DNA of 64,000 nucleotides from an uncultured Dehalococcoidia bacterium (GCA_903916765.1 CAIWXV010000128.1:18-64017); one strand, 5' to 3'. Numbered from the stretch's first letter, positions 1-10,417 are shown. Program-made: numbers and translations. Notes: generated by a model from the letters alone, not told the origin.

Positions 1-970
1 GGCTTCGCAACTGACAAAGATTGATGGTGTAAACCTTGTGGTGGGCAACGATGAGAAAAATAATCTATTGAAAATTATTAAAGAAGCCGGATATTTAGAT
101 AAGCATAGAAAGGATGCGCCCCTTTCTTCAAAATCTCCTTTGCGCACACGCACTTTCCTTAAAATACAGGGTGGTTGCCATAATTTTTGTGCCTATTGCA
201 TTGTGCCTTTCGTGCGCAATAATGAAGTGAGCGTACCCCCTGATATAGTTGTTAATGATGTCAAACAGAGAACCAGGGAAGGCTATCAAGAGGTGGTACT
301 GACCGGCACCAGAGTGGGTGCTTATAATTATGATGGTGTTGATTTAAAAGAATTACTGATGAGACTTCTCGAGGAGACGGAAATCCCCAGATTGAGGCTG
401 TCTTCTCTTCAGCCTGGAGAGATTTCCTCTGAACTCATTGACCTATGGAAGAATAATCGATTATGCCCGCATTTTAATATGTCGCTCCAGAGCGGTAGCG
501 TCGGCGTCTTGGCAAGAATGAAACGGCGTTACACTCTTACTGATTTTGAGCGGTCAGTTAACATAATCCGAGAGAAGGTGCCTGCGGTTGCCATTACTAC
601 CGATATCATTGTCGGTTTCCCCGGTGAAACGGATGAGGGATTTAAGGAAAGCATCGAGTTTTGTCGGCGGATGGAATTTGCTCGGATTCATGTCTTTCCG
701 TATTCCCCTCGTTCCGGAACGAAAGCAGCTGAGATGCCCGGACAGATAGCCGATAGTATTAAAAAAGAACGCTCACGGATAATGCTGAAACTGGCAGAGG
801 AAGTCTCTCGTAAATTTAGAGAAAAATTCACAGGTGAGTCTTTCGATGTTCTATGGGAAAAACAAACTGGTGATGGCGTTTGGTCGGGAGTTACCGGTAA
901 TTATATCCGGGTTTTTTCGAAGGATAGCCGTGATTTAAGTAACAAGCTGGTGACGGTGGAGATAAAATGA
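1..970 (+). CDS. mtaB: MiaB/MtaB-like radical-SAM tRNA methylthiotransferase, 5-prime truncated by window edge
   Basis: The frame is open from nt 2 (ASQLTKIDGVNLVVGNDEK...). It has the radical-SAM motif GGCHNFCAYC and a C-terminal TRAM-like tail. Confidence 0.8.
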   Translation, partial: ASQLTKIDGVNLVVGNDEKNNLLKIIKEAGYLDKHRKDAPLSSKSPLRTRTFLKIQGGCHNFCAYCIVPFVRNNEVSVPPDIVVNDVKQRTREGYQEVVLTGTRVGAYNYDGVDLKELLMRLLEETEIPRLRLSSLQPGEISSELIDLWKNNRLCPHFNMSLQSGSVGVLARMKRRYTLTDFERSVNIIREKVPAVAITTDIIVGFPGETDEGFKESIEFCRRMEFARIHVFPYSPRSGTKAAEMPGQIADSIKKERSRIMLKLAEEVSRKFREKFTGESFDVLWEKQTGDGVWSGVTGNYIRVFSKDSRDLSNKLVTVEIK

Positions 971-994
971 TTGCGGGAATTATCAGGAGGATTT

Positions 995-2413
995 ATGAGT
1001 AACAGCGGAAAACACTTTCTAGATTTGTTTTTTAATCCCCGGAGTGTTGCTGTAGTAGGCGCCAGCCATAATATGATGACGGCAAATTATTTTCTCGCTT
1101 CTAATTTAGTGAATCTGGGATACCCCGGGAAAATTTATCCTGTCAATCCTAATAGCACTGAGATATTGGGTCTGAAATCTTATCCTGATTTGAAGAGTAT
1201 CGAAGGTGAGGTGGATTTGGTTGTGATTTCAATACCGGCTCGGAGAATCCCCGATATTATCAGGGATTGTATCGGTAAGAAAGTTAAGGGTATAGTCATC
1301 ACCGCCGGCGGTTTTTCAGAGACGGGGAGTGGGGGTAGGGGATTGCAGGATGAGATGAAACAGCTTCTCGATGGCAGTGGTATCAGGGTTATCGGCCCTA
1401 ATGCATTGAGTCCTCTCAATTCTACTCTTAATTTCATCATTGGCTTTGGTCCTGTATTGAAGCTCAATAAGGGTAAACTATCCTTCATTTTCCAATCGGG
1501 TTTGTATCAACCCAGACTGAATTATCTGGTATCCGAGATGCATTTGAATATTAATAAACTGGTTGACTTGGGTAATAAGATGGATATCAACGAGGTTGAT
1601 GCTCTGGAGTATTTTGGTCAAGATGAGAGTACCGGAGTTATTGCCATCCATCTGGAAAGTATCGCTGGTGATGGCAGGCGATTCCTCAAAGTTCTTAAAG
1701 AAACTACTCGCAAAAAGCCAGTGATTATTTTGAAGTCAGGTAGAACGGAAGCCGGAGCGAAAATGGCATCTTCTCACACCGGTGCGATTGTTAAGTCCAG
1801 CGATACTGTATACGATGCGGCATTAAAGCAAGCAGGCGCTATCCGTGCTCAGGGATTGGATGAATTTTTTGACCTAGCGAAAATATTTGAATACTATCCG
1901 TCTCTGGAAAATAATCGGGTTGTTATTTCCTGTTTTTCCGGCGGTGAGGGCGTTATTGCGACCGATTTCAGCCAATTCAATGGGTTGAGACTGGCAGAAC
2001 CGACTTCCGAATCGCGCCAAAGACTGCGACCTTTCTTTCCTCCCTGGGAGGTGGATATCAATCCTTTTGATACCGGCGTTACCGGTCAGTTCGCTTCCAG
2101 TGATGTGACAACTGCTTTCATTGATACAATGTCTAACGACCCTAATGTCGATTGTATGGCGATTCAGATAGGTAGCCAACCTTACTTGTCTCCCGATGGT
2201 GCTAAGGAGAGTAGCGAAAAGTTTGTTAAGCTATGTCAGGATGTTATCCGTCGCGGCAAGCCGATATCTGCTTGGGCATTCGACCCGAGAATCTTCGGAG
2301 TGATGATAAATATGCTGGAAGCAGAACGTATTCCTTTTTATCCCTCTGCGGAACGCGCCGTCAGAGCACTTGGTGCATTATACCGGTACGGTGTTCTGAA
2401 GAAAAGGGAATAA
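995..2413 (+). CDS. CoA-binding / ADP-forming acetyl-CoA synthetase alpha-like protein (no ATP-grasp part)
   Basis: Motifs seen: FFNPRSVAVVGAS, GPNA and the SSHTGAI phosphohistidine-loop. ATG 995 is preceded by AGGAGG (985-990); the track start at 971 is less likely. Confidence 0.75.
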   Translation: MSNSGKHFLDLFFNPRSVAVVGASHNMMTANYFLASNLVNLGYPGKIYPVNPNSTEILGLKSYPDLKSIEGEVDLVVISIPARRIPDIIRDCIGKKVKGIVITAGGFSETGSGGRGLQDEMKQLLDGSGIRVIGPNALSPLNSTLNFIIGFGPVLKLNKGKLSFIFQSGLYQPRLNYLVSEMHLNINKLVDLGNKMDINEVDALEYFGQDESTGVIAIHLESIAGDGRRFLKVLKETTRKKPVIILKSGRTEAGAKMASSHTGAIVKSSDTVYDAALKQAGAIRAQGLDEFFDLAKIFEYYPSLENNRVVISCFSGGEGVIATDFSQFNGLRLAEPTSESRQRLRPFFPPWEVDINPFDTGVTGQFASSDVTTAFIDTMSNDPNVDCMAIQIGSQPYLSPDGAKESSEKFVKLCQDVIRRGKPISAWAFDPRIFGVMINMLEAERIPFYPSAERAVRALGALYRYGVLKKRE

Positions 2414-2635
2414 CAAGCACTTGACTTTTTGTAAATTAACCAAAATTTAACCTGTGAAATACTCGGAAAACTCTGTCTGGTGCAAGCTGGTTATGTTATA
2501 ATAAATCCGAATAATTTGACTCTAACTAGGTAAACAAAAGACGTTTGTAGCTTAGTATTTTGAGCAATTGCTTCAACTTGATAAATGCGTTGACAGAAAG
2601 TCTCATAAATTCAATCTATGTTAAAGGGGTTGACA

Positions 2636-4420
2636 ATGACCTACAAGATGAAAAACGAAAAGCTCAATAGCTGGGTCCGTGAGATTAATAGCTTGTGCCA
2701 ACCCGATGAGATTTATTGGTGTGACGGGAGCAAGGAAGAGTATGACCGTTTGATGGCTCAGATGGTTTCGGAAGGGAGAGCTACTCCTCTGAAGAAGCGT
2801 CCTAATAGCTTTCTGTTTCGTTCCGACCCCAGTGATGTTGCTCGTGTCGAAGCGCGAACATTTATCTCTACTAAAACTAAAGAGCAGGTCGGCCCGACTA
2901 ATAACTGGGTTAATACCGATGAACTCAAACAGACGATGACGGCTCTTTATCGGGGTTGTATGACGGGTCGCGCAATGTATGTGATACCTTTCTCAATGGG
3001 ACCGGTCGGCTCTGCAATGTCTAAGTTAGCCATTGAAATCACCGATAGCCCTTATGTTGTCTGTAATATGCATATTATGACCCGTGTCGGCGGCAAGGTG
3101 ATTGACCTTCTGAATAAAGGTGTGGATTCTATCAAATCTCTCCATTCCGTCGGCGCTCCGTTAGAGAAAGGGCAAAAAGATGCTCTCTGGCCATGTGCTC
3201 CTATGGAAAAGAAGTATATCAGCCATTTCCCGGAAGAGAATACCATCTGGTCTTTCGGCTCCGGTTACGGTGGCAATGCTCTTCTTGGTAAGAAGTGTTT
3301 GGCATTACGTCTGGCATCTGCCATTGCCGAGCGCGAAGGTTGGATGGCAGAGCATATGCTTATTCTCCGGTTAATCAATCCTGAAGGCAGAAAATACCAT
3401 ATCGCCGCTGCTTTTCCTTCGGCTTGCGGTAAAACTAACCTGGCGATGATACAGCCTACTATACCCGGATGGAAAGCTGAATGTATCGGCGATGATATTT
3501 CATGGATGAAGATTGCGCCTGACGGACGGCTTTATGCTATTAATCCCGAGTCGGGCTTTTTCGGAGTAGCACCCGGTACTTCTTATCAATCCAATCCAAT
3601 GGCGATGGACTCGGTGAAAGGGAATTCGATTTTTACAAATTGTGCCCTGGCCGATGATGGTGATATCTGGTGGGAAGGAATCGGTGGTGAAAAACCTTCT
3701 CATCTTATCGATTGGAAAGGTAAAGATTGGACTTCGGATAGTAAAGAGGCAGCGGCACATGGTAATGCCCGTTTCACTGCACGTGCATCACAATGTCCTA
3801 TCATTTCTGCCGATTGGGAAAAGCCGGAAGGACTCCCTATCGACATCTTTATTTTCGGTGGTCGCCGTTCCACAGTTGTTCCGTTGGTGATGGAGTCATT
3901 TAATTGGGACCATGGTGTTTTCCTGGGAGCTACCGCCGCTTCGGAGCCTACTGCCGCTATACTTGATGCCGTGGGTATCCGGTACGACCCGTTCGCCATG
4001 CTTCCTTTCTGCGGATACAATATGGCTGATTATTTTCAGCATTGGTTTGATATGGGCGATAAATTGAAGAGTAAAGCACCTCGCATCTTCTATGTAAATT
4101 GGTTCCGGAAGGCTAAAGATGGCAAGTGGTTATGGCCAGGATTTGGCGATAATAGCCGTGCCTTGAAATGGATGTGCGAGCGTGTCGATGGTAAGGTCGG
4201 AGCTAAGAAGACCCCCATCGGTTATTTGCCGAATGAAAATGACCTTGATTTAAGAGGTTTCAATATCCCGCGGGAAAATATTACTGAATTATTGAAAGTG
4301 GATGTAGAAGTCTGGAGAGCTGAAATCCCCAAGATGGAAGGGTTCTTTTCACAATTCGGTGACAGACTTCCTAAGCGATTGCGCAACCAATTCGATGAGT
4401 TGAAGAACCGTTTGGGATAA
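2636..4420 (+). CDS. pckG: phosphoenolpyruvate carboxykinase (GTP)
   Basis: About 594 aa with the YWCDGS N-terminus and the FPSACGKTN kinase-1a motif. ATG 2636 has AAGGGG 7 nt upstream, so it is preferred over 2618. Confidence 0.93.
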   Translation: MTYKMKNEKLNSWVREINSLCQPDEIYWCDGSKEEYDRLMAQMVSEGRATPLKKRPNSFLFRSDPSDVARVEARTFISTKTKEQVGPTNNWVNTDELKQTMTALYRGCMTGRAMYVIPFSMGPVGSAMSKLAIEITDSPYVVCNMHIMTRVGGKVIDLLNKGVDSIKSLHSVGAPLEKGQKDALWPCAPMEKKYISHFPEENTIWSFGSGYGGNALLGKKCLALRLASAIAEREGWMAEHMLILRLINPEGRKYHIAAAFPSACGKTNLAMIQPTIPGWKAECIGDDISWMKIAPDGRLYAINPESGFFGVAPGTSYQSNPMAMDSVKGNSIFTNCALADDGDIWWEGIGGEKPSHLIDWKGKDWTSDSKEAAAHGNARFTARASQCPIISADWEKPEGLPIDIFIFGGRRSTVVPLVMESFNWDHGVFLGATAASEPTAAILDAVGIRYDPFAMLPFCGYNMADYFQHWFDMGDKLKSKAPRIFYVNWFRKAKDGKWLWPGFGDNSRALKWMCERVDGKVGAKKTPIGYLPNENDLDLRGFNIPRENITELLKVDVEVWRAEIPKMEGFFSQFGDRLPKRLRNQFDELKNRLG

Positions 4421-4454
4421 ATCGTTCAGAGTATCCTTTCAGGAGCGAGCCTCA

Positions 4455-5105
4455 TTGAAATATAAGGCAGTTCTCTTTGACCTCGACGGAACGTTATTGA
4501 ATACCCTTCAGGATATTGCTGATTCGGTAAATAAGGGATTGCATTCTCTGGGTTTTCCGCAACATGAAGTTGAAGATTACAAAGCATTAGTCGGGGAAGG
4601 CAGAGAAGTTTTGGCTCTTCGTGCACTTCCTGAGAATCATCAAGATACCGTTATTGTGGAGAAATTGCTCGCTCATATCAATGAAGAATATGCCAAACAT
4701 TGGGCGGACAATACGCGTCCTTATGATGGTATTCCCGAATTATTGGATGGCTTGATGGCTAACCGTGTCAAGATGGCAGTGCTATCTAACAAAGCCGATG
4801 ACCTGACTAAAATGCAGACATCCACGGTATTGACGAAGTGGCATTTTGCGGTTGTTGTTGGAGCTCAACCCTCTTTGCCTAAGAAGCCTGACCCGACGGC
4901 GGCATTGCAAATAGCAAAACAACTCGATATCAGTCCTTCCAATTTTCTCTATCTGGGTGATTCGGGAATCGATATGAAAACTGCTAATAGAGCCAGCATG
5001 TATCCTGTAGGTGCTTTATGGGGTTTTCGTTCCGCGGATGAACTCCTTGCTGATGGAGCCGGAACCCTTATCAAACACCCGCCGGAGCTTCTATCACTTT
5101 TATAA
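4455..5105 (+). CDS. HAD-IA hydrolase, phosphoglycolate phosphatase-like
   Basis: Motifs FDLDGTL, SNK and GDSGIDM. TTG start, with AGGAG at 4441-4445. Confidence 0.8.
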   Translation: MKYKAVLFDLDGTLLNTLQDIADSVNKGLHSLGFPQHEVEDYKALVGEGREVLALRALPENHQDTVIVEKLLAHINEEYAKHWADNTRPYDGIPELLDGLMANRVKMAVLSNKADDLTKMQTSTVLTKWHFAVVVGAQPSLPKKPDPTAALQIAKQLDISPSNFLYLGDSGIDMKTANRASMYPVGALWGFRSADELLADGAGTLIKHPPELLSLL

Positions 5106-5125
5106 GTAAAAAATTTCTTATAGCA

Positions 5126-5163
5126 AAAAAGGCAGGCGTGAGATTTCTCGTAACTGCCTTTTT
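5126..5163. terminator. bidirectional intrinsic terminator between convergent genes
   Basis: aaaaaggcag (5126-5135) pairs with ctgccttttt (5154-5163), giving an A-run on one side and a T-run on the other. Confidence 0.6.
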
Positions 5164-5184
5164 AATTGCATGCAGAGCTATTTG

Positions 5185-7896
5185 CTATGAGAGAAGAATG
5201 CGGGCATCTACTACTAAGCATCCCTTGCCTTTTTCCAGAACTTTCACGGGATTGAGGTCGAGTTCCGCTATCTGGGGCAAGTCTTCTGCCATTGCCGAAA
5301 TACGTAATAGTAGTTCTTCTATTGCCTTAATATCACTTGGTTTTGACCCTCGCCATCCCTCTAGCAGATGGTATGCCTTAACGGAACGCACCATCTCGTG
5401 TGCATCGATATCGGTTAACGGGTGAATACGGAGTGTTACATCCTTGAACAATTCGGTGTAGATACCACCCAATCCGAAAAGAATCAAAGAGCCGAAAGAC
5501 GGGTCTTGTGTAACACCGACAATCGTCTCGACACCGTCGGTAATCATCGGTTGTACGGTTACACCTTGCATCTCTTTCAGTCTGCCGATATCCGATAAAC
5601 GTTTTTTTATCTGATTGAAGGCTTTTCTGATTTCTTGGGGTGAACGCAGGTCGAGAGCCACACCCCCGACATCAGTCTTATGAGTGATGGTCTTGGAATA
5701 GAGTTTAATGGCGACTGGAAATCCCACTTCCTCAGCAATTTTTATCGCTTCGTCGGCAGTAATAGCTATCTTGGAGGGAGAACTCTTGATGCCGTAACAG
5801 TTCAATAATTCGGTAATAGAATCTCCGTCCATCCATGTGGTGCCCATAGGGCTTTTCTGAATAATCGAATTGACTAGGGACATGGCTTTCTTTCTATCGA
5901 TACCAGTTATAGCAGGGATATTCCCTTTTGATCTGTTTAACCAGTCATTGTATTCACAAGCTTTAGCAATAGCGATGGCGGTAGTTTCCGGGAAAGAATA
6001 GGATGGTACGGTAAACTTATCGCCGCTTAGCTTATCGTAAACGCCGCGTTCTCCCATAAACGAGGCAAGTAGAGGCTTGCCTTTTTGGTAAAACTTCGGA
6101 GCTATATCGCGGATGATTCTTGCAGCATTATCAGTATGAGCTGCAATCGGTGAAACAAGAATGGTTATGACGATATCTACATTTTCATCTTCGGCTAGTA
6201 AGTCTAGTGCTCGTTGGTATTCGGTTTCTCTAGCATCCGCAGTCATATCTATTGGATTATTAACACTTGCCTGCGGTGATAGAAAACTCTTGAGTTCCAT
6301 TCTTGTTTTTTCTGATAATATCGGGATTTCCAACCCTTTATCGGAACAGGCATCGGCAGTTAAAATACCAGGTCCGCCACCATTGGTCAGAATAGCTACT
6401 CTTCGTCCTTTGGGTATTGGTTGGTTAGCGAATAAAATGGCAGTATCGAAGAGTTCTTCGAGAGTATCGACACGTGTTATGCCTGCCTGTGTAAAAAGTG
6501 CTTCTGTTGCTACTTCTGTGGATGCAATAGCACCGGTGTGTGATGCTGCAGCTCGTGCTCCGGCAGCGGTGCGTCCGCTCTTAACGACAATGATGGGCTT
6601 GTGCATGGTAACGTTTCGGGCAATCTTGGCAAATTTCCTTGGATTACCGAATGATTCCATATAAAGCAGGATGGCTTTTGTTGCAGGGTCTTCTTTCCAG
6701 TACTGAAGGAGGTCATTAGCAGAAACATCAGCCTTATTTCCGAAACTAACGAAGGTTGATAATCCGATATTTAGTGTCTTGGCGTATTCCAGAATGGCAA
6801 GTCCCAAACCACCGCTTTGTGTTCCGAAAGCAATGTTTCCGGTTGATGGAAAAACAGGGGAAAAACTGGCGTTCATCCTGACATCCGGGGCTGTATTTAG
6901 AATACCCATACAGTTCGGACCTACCATACGCATACCGTAACTGCGGACGGTGTTTAGTAAATCCTCTTGCATTTTTTCGCCATGGGTACCAGCTTCTCCG
7001 AAGCCGGCTGTTATTACTACGATACCGCGTACTCCCTTACGTCCGCATTGCTCCGCAATCTGTTGTACATATTCTGCCGGGACGACTATTACTGCTAGAT
7101 CAACTTCACCCGGAACATCGAGAATGCTGGGATAAGCTTTTACGGATGCTACTGAAGTCGCATTCTGGTTTACCGGGTAGACTGTCCCGTTAAACCTCTG
7201 GTTCAATAAGGCATCGAAAACTCGGTACCCTAGTCCTCCTGGTCTGTGTGAAGCGCCGATAACAGCGACAGACCGTGGTTTAAGAAAAGCACGTAATGAA
7301 GCGATGGTAGCACTTTCTTCTCTTCGAAGGGCTTTTTCTTCAGCGGCTTCATTTGGTGTTAGGTCTAATACCATACGCAATAAACCGGTCTCTACTTCCC
7401 CAACCTTTTTGTAGCCGGCATCCTCGAGCACTTTCATGGTTTCTGCGGATTCGGCAAGGATTTCGGCGTCGAAGTAACGAATCCCTTTTTCTCTAGCAAT
7501 AGCAATAACCTGATCCATAATATTAGTACCGACACCTCTTCCTTGATAGGCGTCTTCAACGACTAGGGCAGTAGTGGCGCGGTCAGTTCCGGCAAGCCGT
7601 GCATAACGCCCAACGGCAATGAATTTCTCATTATCACCTTCACCGGTCGTCGCTGTCAGTGCAAAAGTGTTATTGTAATCGACCATGCAGAGTTGCCTGG
7701 CTTCCTCTTGCGACAGTTGAGTAATATTTTGACGGAAGCGCAGATATACGGTTCGCGGACTGAGTCTTCTGAAAAGAGAAATCAATTTTGCGGTATCTTC
7801 GAGTTGTAAGGCGCGTAATGTTAGGGTAGTGCCGTCTTTGAGAATGGCTGTGGTCTTATAATTCTTCAGGTCACGGGTGTTTTCATTGAGAACCAT
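5185..7896 (-). CDS. fusion of an N-terminal GNAT acetyltransferase with an ADP-forming acyl-CoA synthetase (CoA-binding + ligase + ATP-grasp)
   Basis: 903 aa. The N-terminal ~190 aa carry the GNAT motif QGRGVGT. They are followed by PRSVAVIGAS, GPNCMG, ASHTGAIAS and a C-terminal ATP-grasp-like part. Confidence 0.85.
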   Translation of the reverse strand: MVLNENTRDLKNYKTTAILKDGTTLTLRALQLEDTAKLISLFRRLSPRTVYLRFRQNITQLSQEEARQLCMVDYNNTFALTATTGEGDNEKFIAVGRYARLAGTDRATTALVVEDAYQGRGVGTNIMDQVIAIAREKGIRYFDAEILAESAETMKVLEDAGYKKVGEVETGLLRMVLDLTPNEAAEEKALRREESATIASLRAFLKPRSVAVIGASHRPGGLGYRVFDALLNQRFNGTVYPVNQNATSVASVKAYPSILDVPGEVDLAVIVVPAEYVQQIAEQCGRKGVRGIVVITAGFGEAGTHGEKMQEDLLNTVRSYGMRMVGPNCMGILNTAPDVRMNASFSPVFPSTGNIAFGTQSGGLGLAILEYAKTLNIGLSTFVSFGNKADVSANDLLQYWKEDPATKAILLYMESFGNPRKFAKIARNVTMHKPIIVVKSGRTAAGARAAASHTGAIASTEVATEALFTQAGITRVDTLEELFDTAILFANQPIPKGRRVAILTNGGGPGILTADACSDKGLEIPILSEKTRMELKSFLSPQASVNNPIDMTADARETEYQRALDLLAEDENVDIVITILVSPIAAHTDNAARIIRDIAPKFYQKGKPLLASFMGERGVYDKLSGDKFTVPSYSFPETTAIAIAKACEYNDWLNRSKGNIPAITGIDRKKAMSLVNSIIQKSPMGTTWMDGDSITELLNCYGIKSSPSKIAITADEAIKIAEEVGFPVAIKLYSKTITHKTDVGGVALDLRSPQEIRKAFNQIKKRLSDIGRLKEMQGVTVQPMITDGVETIVGVTQDPSFGSLILFGLGGIYTELFKDVTLRIHPLTDIDAHEMVRSVKAYHLLEGWRGSKPSDIKAIEELLLRISAMAEDLPQIAELDLNPVKVLEKGKGCLVVDARILLS

Positions 7897-8115
7897 AGAA
7901 CTCCTCGGTTAAATGCTTTCGCTATCGGTATAGAATATCATAATGAAGCGGGCTTTTGATACTCCCTAATTTGGAGAATACCTCATATTGTCCGTGAATG
8001 TCAATTGTTCCCTTGTCCTGATATAATACTGAGCAGAGATTAGAGAGTGATGAGTGGTAAAACTCATTGCACAAATTGCGTTTAGAAATCGGATTAAATA
8101 CAGGAGAATTGATTT

Positions 8116-9225
8116 ATGGCTGATATAAGAATAGAAAAACTGGCTGATTTGTTGGTAAATTACTCTGTGAAAGTGAAACTGGGTGATAAAGTAGTGATTC
8201 AAGGAGAAACAACTGGTGAGCCATTGATGAAAGCTGTATTTGCCAAAGTTTTACAGGCTGGTGGTAATCCCTTGGTTATGCCTACCCTTGCCGGGACGGA
8301 AGAGATGCTGTATCAGTATGGCAATGACGAGCAGATTAAGCATCTACCTGAACCATTCAAGCAGGTGATGAGTACCTATGACGTTCGTATCTATATTCTG
8401 GCGGAATCGAACACTAAATCGTTGAGTAATGTTGACCTCGGCAAAACGGTAATGCGTGCTCAGTCTCGCAGCGAATTGATGAAAATAATGATGCAACGTT
8501 CTGCTGCGGGTGAGTTACGTTGGGTGTTGGCACCGTACCCTACCAATGCTTGTGCCCAGGATGCCGAAATGAGTCTGATGGAGTACGAGGATTTCGTCTA
8601 CGGTGCCTGCCTGCCGGATATGAACGACCCGATTGGCTATTGGAAGCGCTTTTCAGCATGGCAACAGAAAATTATCGAGTGGCTCAAAGGTAAAAGAGAA
8701 ATCCATGTGATTGGCAAAGAAACCGACCTCAAGATGAGTGTCGCCGGACGTAAGTTCGAAAATTGCGACGGGAAGATGAATATGCCCGATGGTGAAGTTT
8801 TTACAGGACCGGTCGAGGATAGTATGGAGGGACACGTTTATTTTTCCTACCCGGCTATTTATCGGGGACGTGAAGTGACTGGTGTTCGACTCTGGTTCGA
8901 AAAAGGGCAGGTAGTGAAGGCGACTGCGGAGAAAAACCAGGACTACCTTCTAAAAACGATTGCCACTGATGAAGGTGCGAGAAGAGTAGGGGAGTTTGCT
9001 ATCGGCACTAACGAAGGCATCAAGAAGTTTACCCGTGAGATTTTATTCGATGAGAAGATTGGCGGTAGTTTCCATATGGCGCTCGGTTCAGGTTATCCGG
9101 AGACGGGGAGTAAAAATGAATCGGCAATCCACTGGGATATGGTCTGTGATTTACGTAACGGCGGAGAAATCGGGGTTGACGATAAATTGCTCTATAAGAA
9201 TGGCAAGTTCGTAATTAAGTTTTAA
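8116..9225 (+). CDS. M29-family aminopeptidase (AmpS/PepS-like)
   Basis: 369 aa. The N-terminus IEKLADLLVNYSVKV, plus GEFAIGTN and HWDMV, are typical of thermophilic metalloprotease M29. Confidence 0.8.
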   Translation: MADIRIEKLADLLVNYSVKVKLGDKVVIQGETTGEPLMKAVFAKVLQAGGNPLVMPTLAGTEEMLYQYGNDEQIKHLPEPFKQVMSTYDVRIYILAESNTKSLSNVDLGKTVMRAQSRSELMKIMMQRSAAGELRWVLAPYPTNACAQDAEMSLMEYEDFVYGACLPDMNDPIGYWKRFSAWQQKIIEWLKGKREIHVIGKETDLKMSVAGRKFENCDGKMNMPDGEVFTGPVEDSMEGHVYFSYPAIYRGREVTGVRLWFEKGQVVKATAEKNQDYLLKTIATDEGARRVGEFAIGTNEGIKKFTREILFDEKIGGSFHMALGSGYPETGSKNESAIHWDMVCDLRNGGEIGVDDKLLYKNGKFVIKF

Positions 9226-9384
9226 CTGGTTACTCTTGTGAAGACAAAAAATTGTGAAAATTTTGCCATTTTACCTATTGAATTATGTAAAAAAATGGTG
9301 TATTCTGGAATTTAAGGGATCGAATTATGTAAGGCTGTTTGTTGATAACAGCCAGTTTTAATAAATTCTATTTAGAGGATAGAT

Positions 9385-9537
9385 ATGGGAAAATCAGGCG
9401 GAACACGGCGTTGTCCCAGATGTGGTGGTAATATCTTTGTAGACCGGGATTATGATGGATGGTATCTTGAATGTCTCCAGTGTAGTTATACTCGTGACCT
9501 GGATATCATGACTGAACAAGGACAGAGACGTTTCTAG
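9385..9537 (+). CDS. small zinc-ribbon protein (50 aa), not in ORF track
   Basis: Translation is MGKSGGTRRCPRCGGNIFVDRDYDGWYLECLQCSYTRDLDIMTEQGQRRF. It has a CxxC...CxxC pair, and GAGGA lies 5-9 nt upstream of the ATG. Confidence 0.55.
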   Translation: MGKSGGTRRCPRCGGNIFVDRDYDGWYLECLQCSYTRDLDIMTEQGQRRF

Positions 9538-9688
9538 AGATTCGGACAAGAATATTGAGCGCTACTTCATAAACCTGTATTATACAGTTATATGGGTGTG
9601 TGCTTAGAACTTATAGAATACGCGGTTTTCAGTTGTCCACAGTGGGGTAAAATCATAGGCACACTATTTCTGTTTTGTCCTGTTAGGT

Positions 9689-10156
9689 GTGATGGTGATT
9701 AAGGTGAACGCCCCAGGTATTGTTTACGATAGCGATTGCAGCGAACAACGATCTGTTTTTCCGTGTTTCTGTTGTGGTATTTGCTGTAGTAACTATCAGG
9801 TACATCTGGAATTAACCGAAGCCAAAGAAATTGCTGAACATCTTGGCATTTCTCTGCAGAATTTTCTGGATAACTTCACCGACTCGCATTGGCCAGGGGT
9901 AGATACTTATTTACTGAGCCACAAAGACGGTGAATGTGTGTTTCTGACACATAAACCTGAAAGTGCCGCTAGACTCTGTCGTATTCATACTTTTAAGCCA
10001 CTTTCTTGTCGCCAATGGTTGGCAAGCCTATATCGGAAGGAATGTCGTCAGGGACTCCAACGGTATTGGGGGTTGTCCATTGACGATGAGGAGAAGATAG
10101 TAGGCCCACATAAATCATTAAAAAGCTTCCAACTATTTTTGGAGACGCTTAAATAG
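9689..10156 (+). CDS. YkgJ/UPF0153-family cysteine-cluster protein
   Basis: N-terminal CxxCxxCC cluster (FPCFCCGICCSNY) and a later CR...C motif. The start could be 9689 or 9692. Confidence 0.65.
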   Translation: MMVIKVNAPGIVYDSDCSEQRSVFPCFCCGICCSNYQVHLELTEAKEIAEHLGISLQNFLDNFTDSHWPGVDTYLLSHKDGECVFLTHKPESAARLCRIHTFKPLSCRQWLASLYRKECRQGLQRYWGLSIDDEEKIVGPHKSLKSFQLFLETLK

Positions 10157-10168
10157 TCGGAGGTAATT

Positions 10169-10417
10169 ATGCCCATCTACGATTATGAATGCGAGAAATG
10201 CCATTTTCAGTTTGAACTGAAAAGACGTTTCGGAGAAGACGGTAGCGCCGATTGTCCCAGATGTCATGGGGAATCTCGGCGTCTTTTTACATCAGTTCCA
10301 GTAATATTTAAGGGTTCAGGATTCTATGTCACCGACCATCGTAAAGATGGCGGTTCATCGTCGGGTGACAAAAAGTCGTCGGATACAGGTTCTACCTCCG
10401 GTTCCAAAAAAGATTAG
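10169..10417 (+). CDS. FmdB-family zinc-ribbon putative regulatory protein
   Basis: MPIYDYECEKCHFQFE...CPRCHG followed by a Ser/Gly/Lys-rich tail. GGAGG lies upstream. Confidence 0.8.
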   Translation: MPIYDYECEKCHFQFELKRRFGEDGSADCPRCHGESRRLFTSVPVIFKGSGFYVTDHRKDGGSSSGDKKSSDTGSTSGSKKD

